IMG/VR virus record: IMGVR_UViG_3300012201_000005
Coordinates: 1 to 50,759 of that record
Source: a virus
Taxonomy: Duplodnaviria; Caudoviricetes
Reading direction: 5' to 3' (one strand)
Length of the DNA: 50,759 bases
Part shown: positions 26,328 to 37,471 of the stretch, in pieces
How the letters are laid out: every line of letters starts with the position of its first letter
Position numbering within the stretch: position 1 is the first letter of the stretch
Program-made: the position numbers and the translations under genes
The notes under the pieces: model-generated
Seen by the model: only the letters and a program-made list of their open reading frames with translations
Told to the model about the DNA's origin: nothing
Database searches by the model: none

Positions 26328-29300
26328 ATGGACGAGATTCTGACCAACGTTATCGAGAAAGCGACAATGACTTTCAGAGGTAACATGAACCATGAACAAG
26401 AAGCCCACACCCTCGAAACATTTGTTTCCTTGAGGGTTTACGCCGCCGGCTACCGACTCGACCCCTACCCCAACGGCAAGAGTAAAGACGAACTGATCGC
26501 ACGAATTGAGGCGGTTGAGGCGGAACGGGATAAGACGAGGAACTTGCTGATGGAGGAGCATTACCGCAAGACCTCACATGGGGTCACCGCTGATGATGGT
26601 TGCCGCGTCTGTATCTTCCTCGCCGACACCTTCACGGTGAAGCCATGAGTCTTTACGGACCTGTCTACGACCAAGCGGCCAGGGAATATGAGCAAGAGCC
26701 CGAAGATGATTTCGAACCATCGGACGAGGACTTTGATGACATAGACATTGATGATGATTCCATCATGGAATGAAGGTAGTGATTCATGAAAACAATCTTC
26801 TGGACAAAATGGACGGGCTGTATTGTGGCCATCGTCGTCTTTTCAATAGGATTCCTGGCATATGCACGACGAGAACATGAACGCGAGATGGGTAAACTAG
26901 AAAAAAAAGAGCATCCTCATGTCTGATGCCAAAGACAACGGACAAGATAATGATTGCAATTGCCATCGTTGCCAAGAGCATCGCCGCCGCCTTGAATCTC
27001 CGAACTACTATCTAACAACTCCTGATGTTTTCGCCAGGGTTAAGGAACTTCTAGAGGTAAAGAAATGAAACGAAGCGAAGCCCTTGGAGTCGCCATTCAA
27101 GCCATCGGAGAATGGAAAAGACGACTCCAGGCCCAGGTCTATGGGGACCCAAAAAGTAAGGGGTTGCTTGATATCATTGCCGATATCAATCCTGTGATTA
27201 TTTATCTCATTGCCGAACTTGAGACTCATCCCGAGGGCTGGGAAACAACATTTGTACAAATTGATACTCGGTTGCCAGTTGATGGAATGAAAGAAGCCAT
27301 CCATCAGGCCATTTGGGATTGCACTCCCAGACTAGAGAAGAACGATATTGTCGTGAGGATGATTGAGTGAAGTTGTATCATATCCCAGTCGCCATATTGG
27401 TTTTTATCCTGGGCATCCTATATCAATATTCTCAAACCCACATCCTCATCTCCACTGTCTATATGCCGGTCAAGCTCGTGGACGCCGACATCGCCCATCT
27501 GATCGTGCTTGAGGAAACCGGCGGGACCTATAAGCGATATGCGATCAACACCCCTGGGATCATCGCTACGCGGCAGCTTGGAGAGATTTGGATTGTACCA
27601 TGCGATGAGAAGATGAAAGTTATTGGAGGAAAGAAATGAACCGACCAACAAGCATGGGTAAATTTATTAAGAAGATAGTTTTCTATGTTTGCAAAAAACA
27701 CGGATGTGATTCAAAATATGTATTTTTATATGTTGCTGCCGACCAAAAATCTTTTTCATATCTAATCAAACAAGGATCTATAAACATAGCCACGATGGAC
27801 ATAAGTAAAATCCCTCAAGACTTTGAAGAAATCACAGAGGATATAATCTAATGAACCAGCCAACCGACCGGGAAGTGATGATTCAGGAAATCAGGAAAAT
27901 AACGGGTAATATCATCCATACATATTCTGGAGATTATCTAGAAAGTAGGATTGCCGACCGACTTCTCTCCGCCAACTTCCACCGCACGGGATCGAGCGAA
28001 TTGACGGGGAGATTGATGGAAGTATTGGAGAAGGCTCATGAAGACCTGATTAGAAACTGGAAAAATATCGTCGTGAACCATCCTAAAGACGAATGCGATA
28101 CATGCACCTTCATCGCAGAAGCCGAGTCCGCTGAACCGGTGGACTTTGAACCCGGTGACGTTCTTTGCGAGAAAGGCCAACAGCCAGCTTGCTACCATGA
28201 AGGCGGAAGATGCCCAGCCGAGGCAGCGCCGGAACCTGTGGCGGGACGAATGATGCTTGATAATATCGAGTCTTTGATCAATAAAGCATCAAGACCAATG
28301 GATTGGAAGCCTGGGATTCGTGATATCTTTTCTGACGCGTTTACCGAGACTAGATATTTATGGAATCGGCTTCAGGATATTGAGGCCGAACTCACTATTC
28401 TCCGCTCCGCCCCCGTCTCTCAAGTTGCCACGGGGTATTCGAGGGAGCAAGTCAGAAAAATAATTGAGCATTTCTGGAAAATGGGGACGCCAGAAACAAT
28501 CGAGAAATATTTGTCCACCCTCACCCCCGAGGTGAATCCATGAGTGAACTGAAACCCTGGAAAATAGTCCCGTGGACCGACAAGGGGGTAACCAAGTACA
28601 AAGTGGAGGACCATCAGGGATACAACTTCTCATTTGATAGCATGGACGAGGCAAAGGATTTTTGTGATGCATGCGGCTTATATCTTGAGGAGATCGTAAA
28701 ACAAGAAAAGGCACGTGTGGCAAGATTCAAAGAGGAGCTTTATTCATGAGTGAACAGTTTAGACAATGGTTCAACGAACGTTGGAAATCGTCGGGACTCA
28801 CAAGCCCGAGACTCAAAAAAGTTGCCCTGGAGTTTTCACTTGACGCTTGGATTTCCAGGCCAGTCCAGGCCCCGTCCGCCGTGGATTTGTCAAATGTCCA
28901 GAGGTATCGAGTTCACAGCAGCAAAATATACGAGGTCAGAAACGGGAAAATAGACCATGGACAAAATCTAGCTTTTGCCAACTACGATTTCATAGCCGAG
29001 CCAGATTTGGTAAACTTATCCCCACTCCAGAGCGCAAGCGCAACCCAGGTGCCGAATGGTCTCAATAGGCCAACCTCATTGATCGATACCATGATTCGAG
29101 ATGACCGATATCCTGGATTGATTCGATACATCTACCGATTGGAAAACCTCTTGGCGCAAAAGGATGGAGCGTGATGACTCAAGACGAACACGATGCGAAA
29201 TGTTGGCGGGCTCTCAAGAGGGCAATCATTGAAACTATACCGACTCTAAGCTCACCGGCTCAAAATCTATCTAACGACATGCAAATCCTCATGGCCCATA

Positions 29301-30504
29301 TAGAGGTATTTGTCGAGGCGGTGAAGCCATGACCGAAGAAGTAAAGATCCTGCGGGATGGACTAAAGAAAATTGCTAATCCCGGTTCCGGACCATGGCAA
29401 CCTATGGATATCGCCCGTGAAACTCTCGCCAAGGCCGATGCTATTCAGCCAATTACCATATCCGAACCTGACCATATCGATCATTGCCGCATTGCCGCAC
29501 CTCATTGTGGAGACATTTGCACTTGTGATAAGGCTGACCTTGATAAAGGGGCGGGAGATGGGTGGTCCAGAGCCGACAATACGCAACTAGCCCCAGGTGT
29601 TCATGTGTTGGGATACAACAAGAGTCGACCGGAATGCGGCTTTACCGAGGTCTGGTTGAATGGCGCTTTTGAATGGTGTGCAAGGGGTGGATGGATCACA
29701 CTCACCCATTGGCAACGACTCCCTGAGGCCCCCAAGTGATCCCTAGTGAAATCTCCAACAAGATCATCACCGAGTGGCTTGCCGAAGTAGGAGAGCAAGG
29801 AATGGAATGGGATGACATCGCAGACCTTGAAGATAGGATTGTGAAGTCAATTTCTGGTCAATGGATTCCCGTTTATGACCGTCTTCCCGAAGTGATTTTA
29901 CCAAGAAAACCTTATGCCGGATTCTGGGTCTACCGTCCAGGAAGCAACGCCAAGACAATGTGGGAAATGATGCATCCCTCATGGTGGAATCATCCTGCTG
30001 CTGATGGTGAATGCCCCATAACCGCATGGCTCGATTGGCAACCTCCCGAACCCCCGAAGTAATCAACTGTACGCCAATCGAAAAACGTGCTATAATGGAA
30101 CGAACGAAAACGGCTGAGATAGGACCTAAAAGGACTTGAAAATGAAGATTGTCAATCGCAAGGAATTTCTTGCCATGCCTTCAGGAACGATTTACCAGTC
30201 GCTTACTCCAAACATCTTTGGAGGCCTCGAGATAAAATATGAGACATGGACCAATCTTAATGGGAAGCCAATAGACTTCATCTATGCCAGCCTAACGGGA
30301 GACTTCGCGACTCCCGAGGGAATGGACTGGGATGATGTACTTTTTGATATGGAAGAGAATGGAATCTCGGTCCCCGTCAGCTTTGAAGAGACCTCAAGGG
30401 ATGGTAGCTTCAAAGATGATGCTAAATATTTTGTCTGGGATGCTCAGGACATAAAAGGATTGATCGCCAAGCTAACGGAATATCTGCCCGAGGGATCGAA
30501 ATGA
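26328..30504 (+). CDS. Cluster of ~13 small accessory hypothetical genes (two with DUF551-like ends at 29329-29739 and 29736-30062)
   Basis: Tightly coupled + strand ORFs; LTHWQRLPEAPK and WIPVYDRLPE...ITAWLDWQPPEPPK motifs. Confidence 0.6.
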
Positions 30505-31583
30505 TTCACAGCGAACCGGCCAAACCCAACCGAAACATCTTGATCACCGTTTTGGTGGTGGCGCTCATCGTGAGTGTCTTGATGCTCCTGGTTTCCTTCA
30601 CTGGAATTGCCCCAGACCTTCCCACTAAGATCGGCATGGGGAGCATCGCCTTCATCGTCGGATTTTTCGGGGTTCAAGGGTGGATCAGTCGAACAGGACT
30701 AGGGTTAACGCTCTGTATCATCTTTGGGACAGCGGAAGTATTCACCCACATTTCCTTTGTGCTCATTTCCACGAACATACAGGCGAAATCAGCGAAGATT
30801 GCAGAGACGAAGATAGAAGATGACCCAGAGTACAAGCGTCTAGTCAAAAGGGCGGACGATATTCAGGGTACCGCCAATTCGCTGGCTTTGAAGGTGGCTG
30901 GGACATCTGAGGGATTCAAATCGGAAGTCGACATAAGGCAAGGCGGCGTCAAAGAACAAAACATCACGGCAAAAGAAGCCTCTGATGACGTGAAAGATTA
31001 TGTCAAGCAGTTTAGAATGGCCGTAACAAATGGGGCTGCCGACCATGGCGGCTCAGTTAGGATTGATGCCGACCAGTTCTTTACGGCCATTCCAGACGCC
31101 GTAACTTCTGGAATCCCAGCTAGATGGATAGAGTTTTTCTTTGCGGCCTTCATTTTTAGTGGCATACAAATAACCGTTCTAGTTGCCGCTGATTTGATGA
31201 TTCTCCTGGCCGAACAAAAACGGGAAGCAAAGAATCTTGCCGAACAAGAGGAAAAGACCGCTGAACTCCTGGCCGAAGAAGCGAAGAAACCGAGGACTGG
31301 CCGCGCCCCGGGTGTGGTTCGATCCATCCCTAAAAAAGTGGTATACGGGTGGGTAGAAGCCCTTTGGCATGACGCCAAGGTCGGCACCTCCGACAAGATC
31401 ATCAACCGGGCGCAGGCGGCTAGGTTCCTGACTGAAAAGGGAATCCCGATCACGAAGCTCCACGACGAAAAGTTGTACAATCTGGCCTTGAAACTTGGAA
31501 TTATTGCCGAGGATGGAACGATCAAGAAGACCGCAATCGAAGCAAAAAAACTATTAGACGATGCTCAGAAAAGGAAGGAATAG
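30501..31583 (+). CDS. Membrane protein with coiled coil
   Basis: Three N-terminal TMs, coiled coil, a further TM, soluble C-terminal domain. Confidence 0.7.
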   Translation: MIHSEPAKPNRNILITVLVVALIVSVLMLLVSFTGIAPDLPTKIGMGSIAFIVGFFGVQGWISRTGLGLTLCIIFGTAEVFTHISFVLISTNIQAKSAKIAETKIEDDPEYKRLVKRADDIQGTANSLALKVAGTSEGFKSEVDIRQGGVKEQNITAKEASDDVKDYVKQFRMAVTNGAADHGGSVRIDADQFFTAIPDAVTSGIPARWIEFFFAAFIFSGIQITVLVAADLMILLAEQKREAKNLAEQEEKTAELLAEEAKKPRTGRAPGVVRSIPKKVVYGWVEALWHDAKVGTSDKIINRAQAARFLTEKGIPITKLHDEKLYNLALKLGIIAEDGTIKKTAIEAKKLLDDAQKRKE

Positions 31584-31585
31584 AG

Positions 31586-32648
31586 ATGGAAAGAAGTGAT
31601 CAAATGAAGCTGTCTGAAGCGGAAATAAAATTCACGCAACGCAAACTGTGCGCCGCAACCCTTGCCTCACTAGAATATAACACGATGAAGGAAGTGACTG
31701 GATTCTACAAGGAATCTCTTATGGTCAGCTTGACTGGACTGGTCTATGAAGCATCCCTTCCGGAACAGAAGGTAATTCATACCGTTGCAAGGCCGACTTT
31801 TATTGAATGGCTTTTTAGGAAGGAGCGAGATGTTATATTGACAGTAAAGGTTAGTGGCCTATTGTTGGAGCCTCCCCCTCAAAGCCCTCCAACAATTCGG
31901 ATCATGACAATCGAAGCAAAGAAGGCGCTGGACGAAACGCAAAAGAGGAAGGAATGAGTAGCGTGTTTGCTCCAAAGGATATGAACGGGAACGATGTCAA
32001 GCTGTTACGTTTGACGATACATACTGAAGATGAAAATGTGAGATTTGATTTCATCAAGCCTATGGTGAGCGATTACGGATCTCCGTTCACTTTTGAAGAT
32101 ATGTGCAATTCTATCGGCGACGGATGGATTACTATGTACCTAGACAGTGTAAAAAAGATGTTGCTTGAACGATACAAAAGGAAGTAATATGCAAAGAGTA
32201 TTTTTTTTTATTATCATGATGTTTCTCATTGGTCTTTGGGGGTTGTTCTTGTTTGCCCCTCTTGTGAGGCATGTGCTGGCAACACTATGAAAACAACCTG
32301 TCCCCTCTGTCGAAAGGATTTCGACCTATCCCAAGTACCGGTGAAGTACAACAAAAAGCACGGACGCGAAGGGAAATGTCCTCACTGCGGGAAGAAACTG
32401 TTTTTCCATAGGTTTGTCAGGAAGGAAGCAAAATGAAAATTGTATTTGGCAACGGATCAGAAATCGAGCTTGAGTCTGTTAAGACTTTGCTTGTGGAATC
32501 ATGTGAAACCTTGATCCTATCTCTGAAGCAAGATCCTTCAATGGAACAGATAGAACGGTTCCAGAAAAGCCTAGGCCAGTATCTCGGATGTAAGGTTTTG
32601 GTCATGGGTCCAAATGTGAGCATGGTAAAAGTGAGTACGGAACATTGA
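31586..32648 (+). CDS. Small hypothetical genes (31586-31957, 31954-32187, zinc ribbon ~32288-32436, 32433-32648)
   Basis: Coupled ORFs; CPLC...CPHC in the zinc ribbon. Confidence 0.55.
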
Positions 32649-33274
32649 ACCCCTACGAACTGCTAGGAGTCCCCAAAGACGCCAACCTCGCCGAGATCAA
32701 GAAAGCCTACCGCAAGCTAGCCAAGGAGCGCCACCCAGACCAAGGTGGTTCAACTGAGGAAATGGCGAAGCTAGCCCGGGCATACTTGATACTTTCCGAC
32801 CCTGAGAAGCGCAAGCGATTCGACGAGACAGGGAGCGACAAGGAGCCTGATTTCTCAGGAGAAATGCACATGGCGTTCGCCACGATGTGCGAGAAGATAT
32901 TCTTTGCCGAGGAAGACCGAAACGCAAAAAACGCCCTTGAAGTCTTTTCCGCAACCCTGGAAAGGGAGTATAATGCAGGGAAGGAACGAATTGCAGCGCA
33001 GCGGAGGATTCTGGAACGGGCAAAGGGTCGCATCGTAAAGGCTCCGGAGTTCGACCTTTTGGGTGGCTTGATTGCTCAAAGGTTATTGGCAGTGAAAGGG
33101 CTTGAAGATCTAAACAACCGGGAGTACAAGACGCATAGCGAGGCTTTGAAGCTGTTGCAAGCGTATGTATTCAATGAACCGATGGAACGAAGCCAGTTCG
33201 TCAGAATGTTCGATGTCACGATCAATGGCATGAAAATGCCAGACATGCAAGGCTTTGTGGACCGAAAGAGTTAG
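32645..33274 (+). CDS. J-domain (DnaJ-like) protein
   Basis: NPYELLGV...EIKKAYRKLAKERHPDQGG...AYLILSDPEKRKRFD. Confidence 0.92.
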   Translation: MNPYELLGVPKDANLAEIKKAYRKLAKERHPDQGGSTEEMAKLARAYLILSDPEKRKRFDETGSDKEPDFSGEMHMAFATMCEKIFFAEEDRNAKNALEVFSATLEREYNAGKERIAAQRRILERAKGRIVKAPEFDLLGGLIAQRLLAVKGLEDLNNREYKTHSEALKLLQAYVFNEPMERSQFVRMFDVTINGMKMPDMQGFVDRKS

Positions 33275-33312
33275 AATGGCCACTTGAGAAAATCAGGGGC
33301 AAGGAGAAAGAG

Positions 33313-33915
33313 ATGATCGAATTGGGATTGACCGTGAAAGACAAGATTACCGGGCTAACAGGCGTTGCCGTTGCCAGGACCGAATATCTGACCGGGTGCG
33401 CTCGGATCAGTGTTCAGCCCACCGAGGTTAAGGACGGGAAAACGGCCGACTGGGTAACTCTAGACGAGGGCCAAGTCGACATTATCAATGCCAAGAAAAA
33501 GATCGTCCTGAACGAGATCAAGGCCGCAACTCCGAGGCAAGAACGCGGTGGTCCGCAACCTGCCGTGGGAAAATGGTAGGTGAGTATCATGGAAATCGGA
33601 ACAACGGTCATCAGCACCGAGGAATACATGGAACTGCGGGCCATGAGGGACAACCTTGAGGCCAGGAAAGCGGAGATCGAGGCGAATGCCGATAAGGTTT
33701 TCGTGAATGAGTTTGGGACATATTTCGCTTCTTCTCGATATATCCTAAAAGATGAGGCATTGAAGAAACTGACAGACGAAGCAACCAGAAGGGATGCACT
33801 GATCGATAACCAGAAGGAGAAAATATCAGAGCTGAACAGAATAGCCAATTCACACCCCAAAACCACCATTTCTAACCGTCTCCGTTTCCTCTTCACCGGA
33901 AACCTCGAATACTAA
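33313..33915 (+). CDS. Two hypothetical phage proteins (33313-33579, 33580-33915)
   Basis: First has the widespread LG..VKDKITG.TG...R.EYLTGC motif. Confidence 0.65.
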
Positions 33916-34076
33916 GCCACCGAGTAGACAATGTGCCACTCTTATCAAAAACATTTCATTCCTGATTGCTGGCCATCCGTTATCTACGGAGAATGGGCTT
34001 GTACTTGTCTCCGATTACAGAAATATATGGTCAAGCCAATGTCTGGCCTTATTATCGAAAAGGACAGGGATTAGCA

Positions 34077-34571
34077 ATGGCAGGCGGTAGACCAACATCC
34101 TTCGACGCCGAAAAGGCAAAAATCATCATAGATACTGTCAAGGCAGGTAATTACGTTGAGACAGCCGCCGCTTATGCCGGTGTGAACAAATCAACCGTCT
34201 ACGATTGGATCAAGCGCGGTGCCCGAAACGAGAGCAAAGAACTACACGAGTTTTCCAACGCATTGTATTCTGCAGACGCCGAAGCTGAGATTCGAGACAT
34301 CCAAACTATCGAAAATGCATCAAAAACCCAGTGGCAAGCGGCAGCATGGCGAAGGGAAAGAAGAGCGCCTCAACGGTGGGGAAGAAAGGACCATGTCGAG
34401 ATGAACGGCACGATGGACCTGAACCATGTGGCCCTGACAAAGCTTTCCCCACAAGAGTTCCAACAGGCCCAGGATGCTTTCATCATCAGGAACGCCGAAC
34501 GGATCGAAAGACTAAAGAAAGAGGCCGAAGAGCGGTTATTGCTTGAAGGGCCTGAAGAGGAATCTAAATGA
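34077..34571 (+). CDS. Terminase small subunit
   Basis: MAGGRPTSF, HTH (AAAYAGVNKSTVYDW), WQAAAW..ERR.P..WGRKD. Confidence 0.75.
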   Translation: MAGGRPTSFDAEKAKIIIDTVKAGNYVETAAAYAGVNKSTVYDWIKRGARNESKELHEFSNALYSADAEAEIRDIQTIENASKTQWQAAAWRRERRAPQRWGRKDHVEMNGTMDLNHVALTKLSPQEFQQAQDAFIIRNAERIERLKKEAEERLLLEGPEEESK

Positions 34572-35100
34572 TAATCGAGAGAGCCCCTGTCCATGTCACG
34601 CATGAGAAGGCGCAAGAGCAATACAGGCGATACTGCACCCTCACTGCGCCATTGGAGAAACTCTGGCACACCAAGGAGATGCGATACATATACGACAAGC
34701 CGATGACGTTCAAAAACTTCATGGATTGCAGCCAAATGGTGATTACAGAGGCCTCTCTTTGATTCCACTGTACGACCTCCACGACCTCACCACCTACTCA
34801 ACCGAACGCCTTGAAGGCGAACGGGACGAGGCAATCCTTGGCATTGGCGCGATTAAACAGAAGCTTTTGCGGCTCCCCAATGGCCTCAAGGATGCTCAAC
34901 TGTCGCTCCTCTCGGCAAAGCTCAACTATGGAGCAGTCCATCAACTCACGTCCTCAGAGCTAGGCAGGCGACGCCGTGCGGCCCGTTTGGAGCGTATTAA
35001 GGTGGTGGAGTCGGCTTTTGTTACCTTGGCGAAGGAACGGCTACCAGCTGATGTGTTTCAGGACTTGCTTGACGAGGCTGTCGAGAAAACGAGGGGGTAA
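34568..35100 (+). CDS. Two small hypothetical genes (34568-34762, ~34759-35100)
   Basis: Coupled ORFs after terS. Confidence 0.5.
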
Positions 35101-35147
35101 TAGGTATTTGTTTGACGAAATAGGTATTTACCGTTAAACTCGTATTT
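35099..35147 (+). promoter_or_regulatory. Promoter with direct-repeat operator
   Basis: TTGACG(35112)-17-TAAACT; AATAGGTATTT at 35099 and 35119. Confidence 0.65.
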
Positions 35148-35181
35148 ATGAAACGAAAGGACCTTGAAAAGGAGGCCAAAA

Positions 35182-35535
35182 ATGGCTGAAAAGTTTTATC
35201 CTGAGACGATCAATCACGATGACAAAAAGTACATCCGTGAAGACCTTGTCTCGAAGCAAATCGCCCGCGAGATCAAAGGAGCATGGACGGTTGGCGAAAA
35301 GTACATCATCCGAACGGTGACCATGATCCAGACCGGGCGACTGATCTTTGTGGACGACCATGAGCTTGTCCTTGAAGATGCCGCATGGATCGCTGATACG
35401 GGCCGATGGGCTGACGCGATTTCCACGGGAGTGCTCAACGAAATTGAACCTTTCGAGGATGACGTCATTGTGGGCCGTTCTGCCGTGATCGACGCTACCC
35501 TATGGAAACATGCGCTTCCCAGGACGAAGAAATGA
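35182..35535 (+). CDS. Sm/Lsm-like fold protein
   Basis: AGGAGG SD; VGEKYIIRT..IQTGRLIFVDDHELVLEDA (Sm1-like) and DVIVGRSAVID (Sm2-like). Confidence 0.65.
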   Translation: MAEKFYPETINHDDKKYIREDLVSKQIAREIKGAWTVGEKYIIRTVTMIQTGRLIFVDDHELVLEDAAWIADTGRWADAISTGVLNEIEPFEDDVIVGRSAVIDATLWKHALPRTKK

Positions 35536-35660
35536 TCCAGGCCATTTCTAGAACGGGCTTAGATATCGCGCGGTCGCGGTCGGGGTCGGGGTCGTGGTCG
35601 CGGTCGGGGTCGGGGTCGCGGTCGGGGTCGCGGTCGCGGTCGCGGTCGTGGTCAAAATGA
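35532..35660 (+). CDS. 42-aa (R/G/W-Ser)14 repeat peptide (not in ORF track)
   Basis: ATGA overlaps with both neighbours; MIQAISRTGLDIARSRSGSGSWSRSGSGSRSGSRSRSRSWSK. Confidence 0.75.
   Translation: MIQAISRTGLDIARSRSGSGSWSRSGSGSRSGSRSRSRSWSK
35571..35654 (+). repeat. 14 x 6-bp tandem repeat (C/G/T)GGTCG
   Basis: Directly visible; only the first base of each unit varies (last unit ends TCA). Confidence 0.97.
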
Positions 35661-35968
35661 CTAGGGCTCAGGTTGTTGCCACCATTGAACAGGCACGGAT
35701 AGATTGCCTTGAAGCTGGCCTAGTTGGAACGGCAAACGCCTTGAAACAAGTTCTAGACGAGTTTGATTCCATGCCATCCAAGGCCGCTTCGATCATGGGT
35801 TCCAAAGGAGGCACCCCTCCCCCGAAACCAGGATCAAGGCCGCGTGGACGACCGAGAAAGATTGTTGACGCCATGGCGGGAATGGAAGCGGTAATGTCGC
35901 CCGAGTCTATCAAGGCTTCGGACAGAATCTTCGAGCAACTGAAAGCGGACGACCGAGAAAGGAAGTGA
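35657..35968 (+). CDS. AT-hook-containing protein
   Basis: AASIMGSKGG...RPRGRPRK; true start ATG 35657. Confidence 0.65.
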   Translation: MTRAQVVATIEQARIDCLEAGLVGTANALKQVLDEFDSMPSKAASIMGSKGGTPPPKPGSRPRGRPRKIVDAMAGMEAVMSPESIKASDRIFEQLKADDRERK

Positions 35969-35972
35969 GAGA

Positions 35973-36191
35973 ATGAATAGTGATGTAGTTTTATTGAACG
36001 GAAAATGCTTCAAGAAGTATGATCCAAGATTGCATAGACGAAGTCCACTCAGAAAAGATCGGCGACGTCTAGAAATAGAGGAAAGATATAAAAATGGCAA
36101 TACTCAGGCAGAAATAGCCAGGGAATACGGTGTCACAAGACAAAGGGTTCACGCATTGCTAAAAGATCTGATTGTGAAGGAAGGTGAATGA
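35973..36191 (+). CDS. Small HTH DNA-binding protein
   Basis: GNTQAEIAREYGVTRQRVHALL. Confidence 0.8.
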   Translation: MNSDVVLLNGKCFKKYDPRLHRRSPLRKDRRRLEIEERYKNGNTQAEIAREYGVTRQRVHALLKDLIVKEGE

Positions 36192-36952
36192 TGAAAGGAC
36201 TGAACGAAGCTGAGAAGAAGGAGCTGCTTCCTTCTGACCTGATTTTCCTGGGATACCGGGGAAGCATTGCACATGGGATATATGTCCCAAACATCGACCC
36301 CAATAGCATCGACGACAAAGACGTAATGGGCGTTTACGTTGGCCCACCCTCTCACTACATCGGAACCAGGAAGGTCAAAGATGTCCGGGAAAGATGGTAC
36401 AACGAATGGGACTGCGTTTACTACGAGGTCTTGAAACTCGCGGGATTGCTTGAGAAAGGGAACCCCAATGTGCTTTCGTTGCTTTGGCTTGATGATCGCT
36501 ACATCATTCACAAGTCGCCCGAGTGGGACCTATTCAAGGAGAATAGGGACGCCTTTTCGAGCAAGGCTGTCTATCATTCCTTTTCCGGGTACGCTCATGG
36601 ACAGCTTCACCGCATGACCCGCATGGCCTTCGATGGGTATATGGGAGAGAAGCGAAAGGGGCTTGTTGAAAAGTATGGCTACGACTGCAAGAACGCCGCG
36701 CACTTGATTCGGTTGCTCAGGATGGGAATCGAGTTCCTGACTGAGGGGGTCCTCTACGTCGAACGAAAGAATGACGCAACCCAGCTACTCGAAATCAAGC
36801 GCGGGGAATGGACCCTTGAAAGCGTGAAGACCGAAGCTGCGAGACTGTTTGCTCTTTGCGAACAGGCGTACATCCATAGCCCACTCCCTGCCAAGCCTGA
36901 CAGCGAACGAATTAACGCCATATGCATGAACGTTCTCAGGAATAGGATCTAA
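36188..36952 (+). CDS. Pol-beta superfamily nucleotidyltransferase (YcgL/RlaP-like, Nuc-transf)
   Basis: RGSIAHG...SIDDKDVMGVY, KGNPNVLSLLW, GYDCKNAAHLIRLLRMGIEFL...LLEIKRGE. Confidence 0.85.
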   Translation: MMKGLNEAEKKELLPSDLIFLGYRGSIAHGIYVPNIDPNSIDDKDVMGVYVGPPSHYIGTRKVKDVRERWYNEWDCVYYEVLKLAGLLEKGNPNVLSLLWLDDRYIIHKSPEWDLFKENRDAFSSKAVYHSFSGYAHGQLHRMTRMAFDGYMGEKRKGLVEKYGYDCKNAAHLIRLLRMGIEFLTEGVLYVERKNDATQLLEIKRGEWTLESVKTEAARLFALCEQAYIHSPLPAKPDSERINAICMNVLRNRI

Positions 36953-36987
36953 AACCAGCCCGGCGTCATCCGGGAAAAGGAATAAAA

Positions 36988-37404
36988 ATGAATGCGATTT
37001 TTCAAGTCTTAACGCTGGCATGGTCATTTCAAGGCGGGGTTCTTCCTGAGTTGGATATGGGCAGTATCTTGCAACCTGTCTATTTGAACCATGGGCTTGA
37101 GTTCGTGGCCTACTCATTCGAGGCTACCTACCCAGTTTTTAGCGGTCGCAAGGATGACGTGGACGGGATGTACGTCGGATCATCACTCGAGAACGTATTT
37201 ACGAACGGCGTCCAGTTGCTTCGATTCTCACCCATCCAGGATACCTACAAGTTTTCAGCCGGTGTTCGATGGGGCGGTTTGACGCTTGGATGGGATCAGA
37301 TTTGCACCCACTCAATCGAGACTGTGAGGGATAACAAGGTTGCTAGTCAGTATCTTTTCGGGGACATGACTAGGGTCTTTTTGAAAGTCGAAGGAAAGAT
37401 GTAA
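36988..37404 (+). CDS. Putative exported / outer-membrane beta protein
   Basis: Alternating amphipathic strands (YKFSAGVRWGGLTLGW, RVFLKVEG). Confidence 0.45.
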   Translation: MNAIFQVLTLAWSFQGGVLPELDMGSILQPVYLNHGLEFVAYSFEATYPVFSGRKDDVDGMYVGSSLENVFTNGVQLLRFSPIQDTYKFSAGVRWGGLTLGWDQICTHSIETVRDNKVASQYLFGDMTRVFLKVEGKM

Positions 37405-37471
37405 ACTAAGGTCGCTCCGCGCTGGGAGAGTCCAGCGAGTGGCGTCTAGCCCTAGACTATTAGGGCACCAC

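Noticed and set aside
26635-29332. Recurring GTGAAGCCATGA-type gene junctions (26635, 28532, 29319)
   Set aside because: Scattered rather than consecutive and explainable as a common SD plus ATGA coupling
35571-35654. Repeat as CRISPR array or DGR variable region
   Set aside because: 6-bp units without spacers; no reverse transcriptase, template repeat or cas gene in the genome
35594-35656. ORF-track N-terminus MVAVGVGVAV... for the AT-hook gene
   Set aside because: Artefact of reading the hexamer repeat in another frame; no SD, whereas the Ser frame has ATGA coupling at both ends and the next gene starts at ATG 35657
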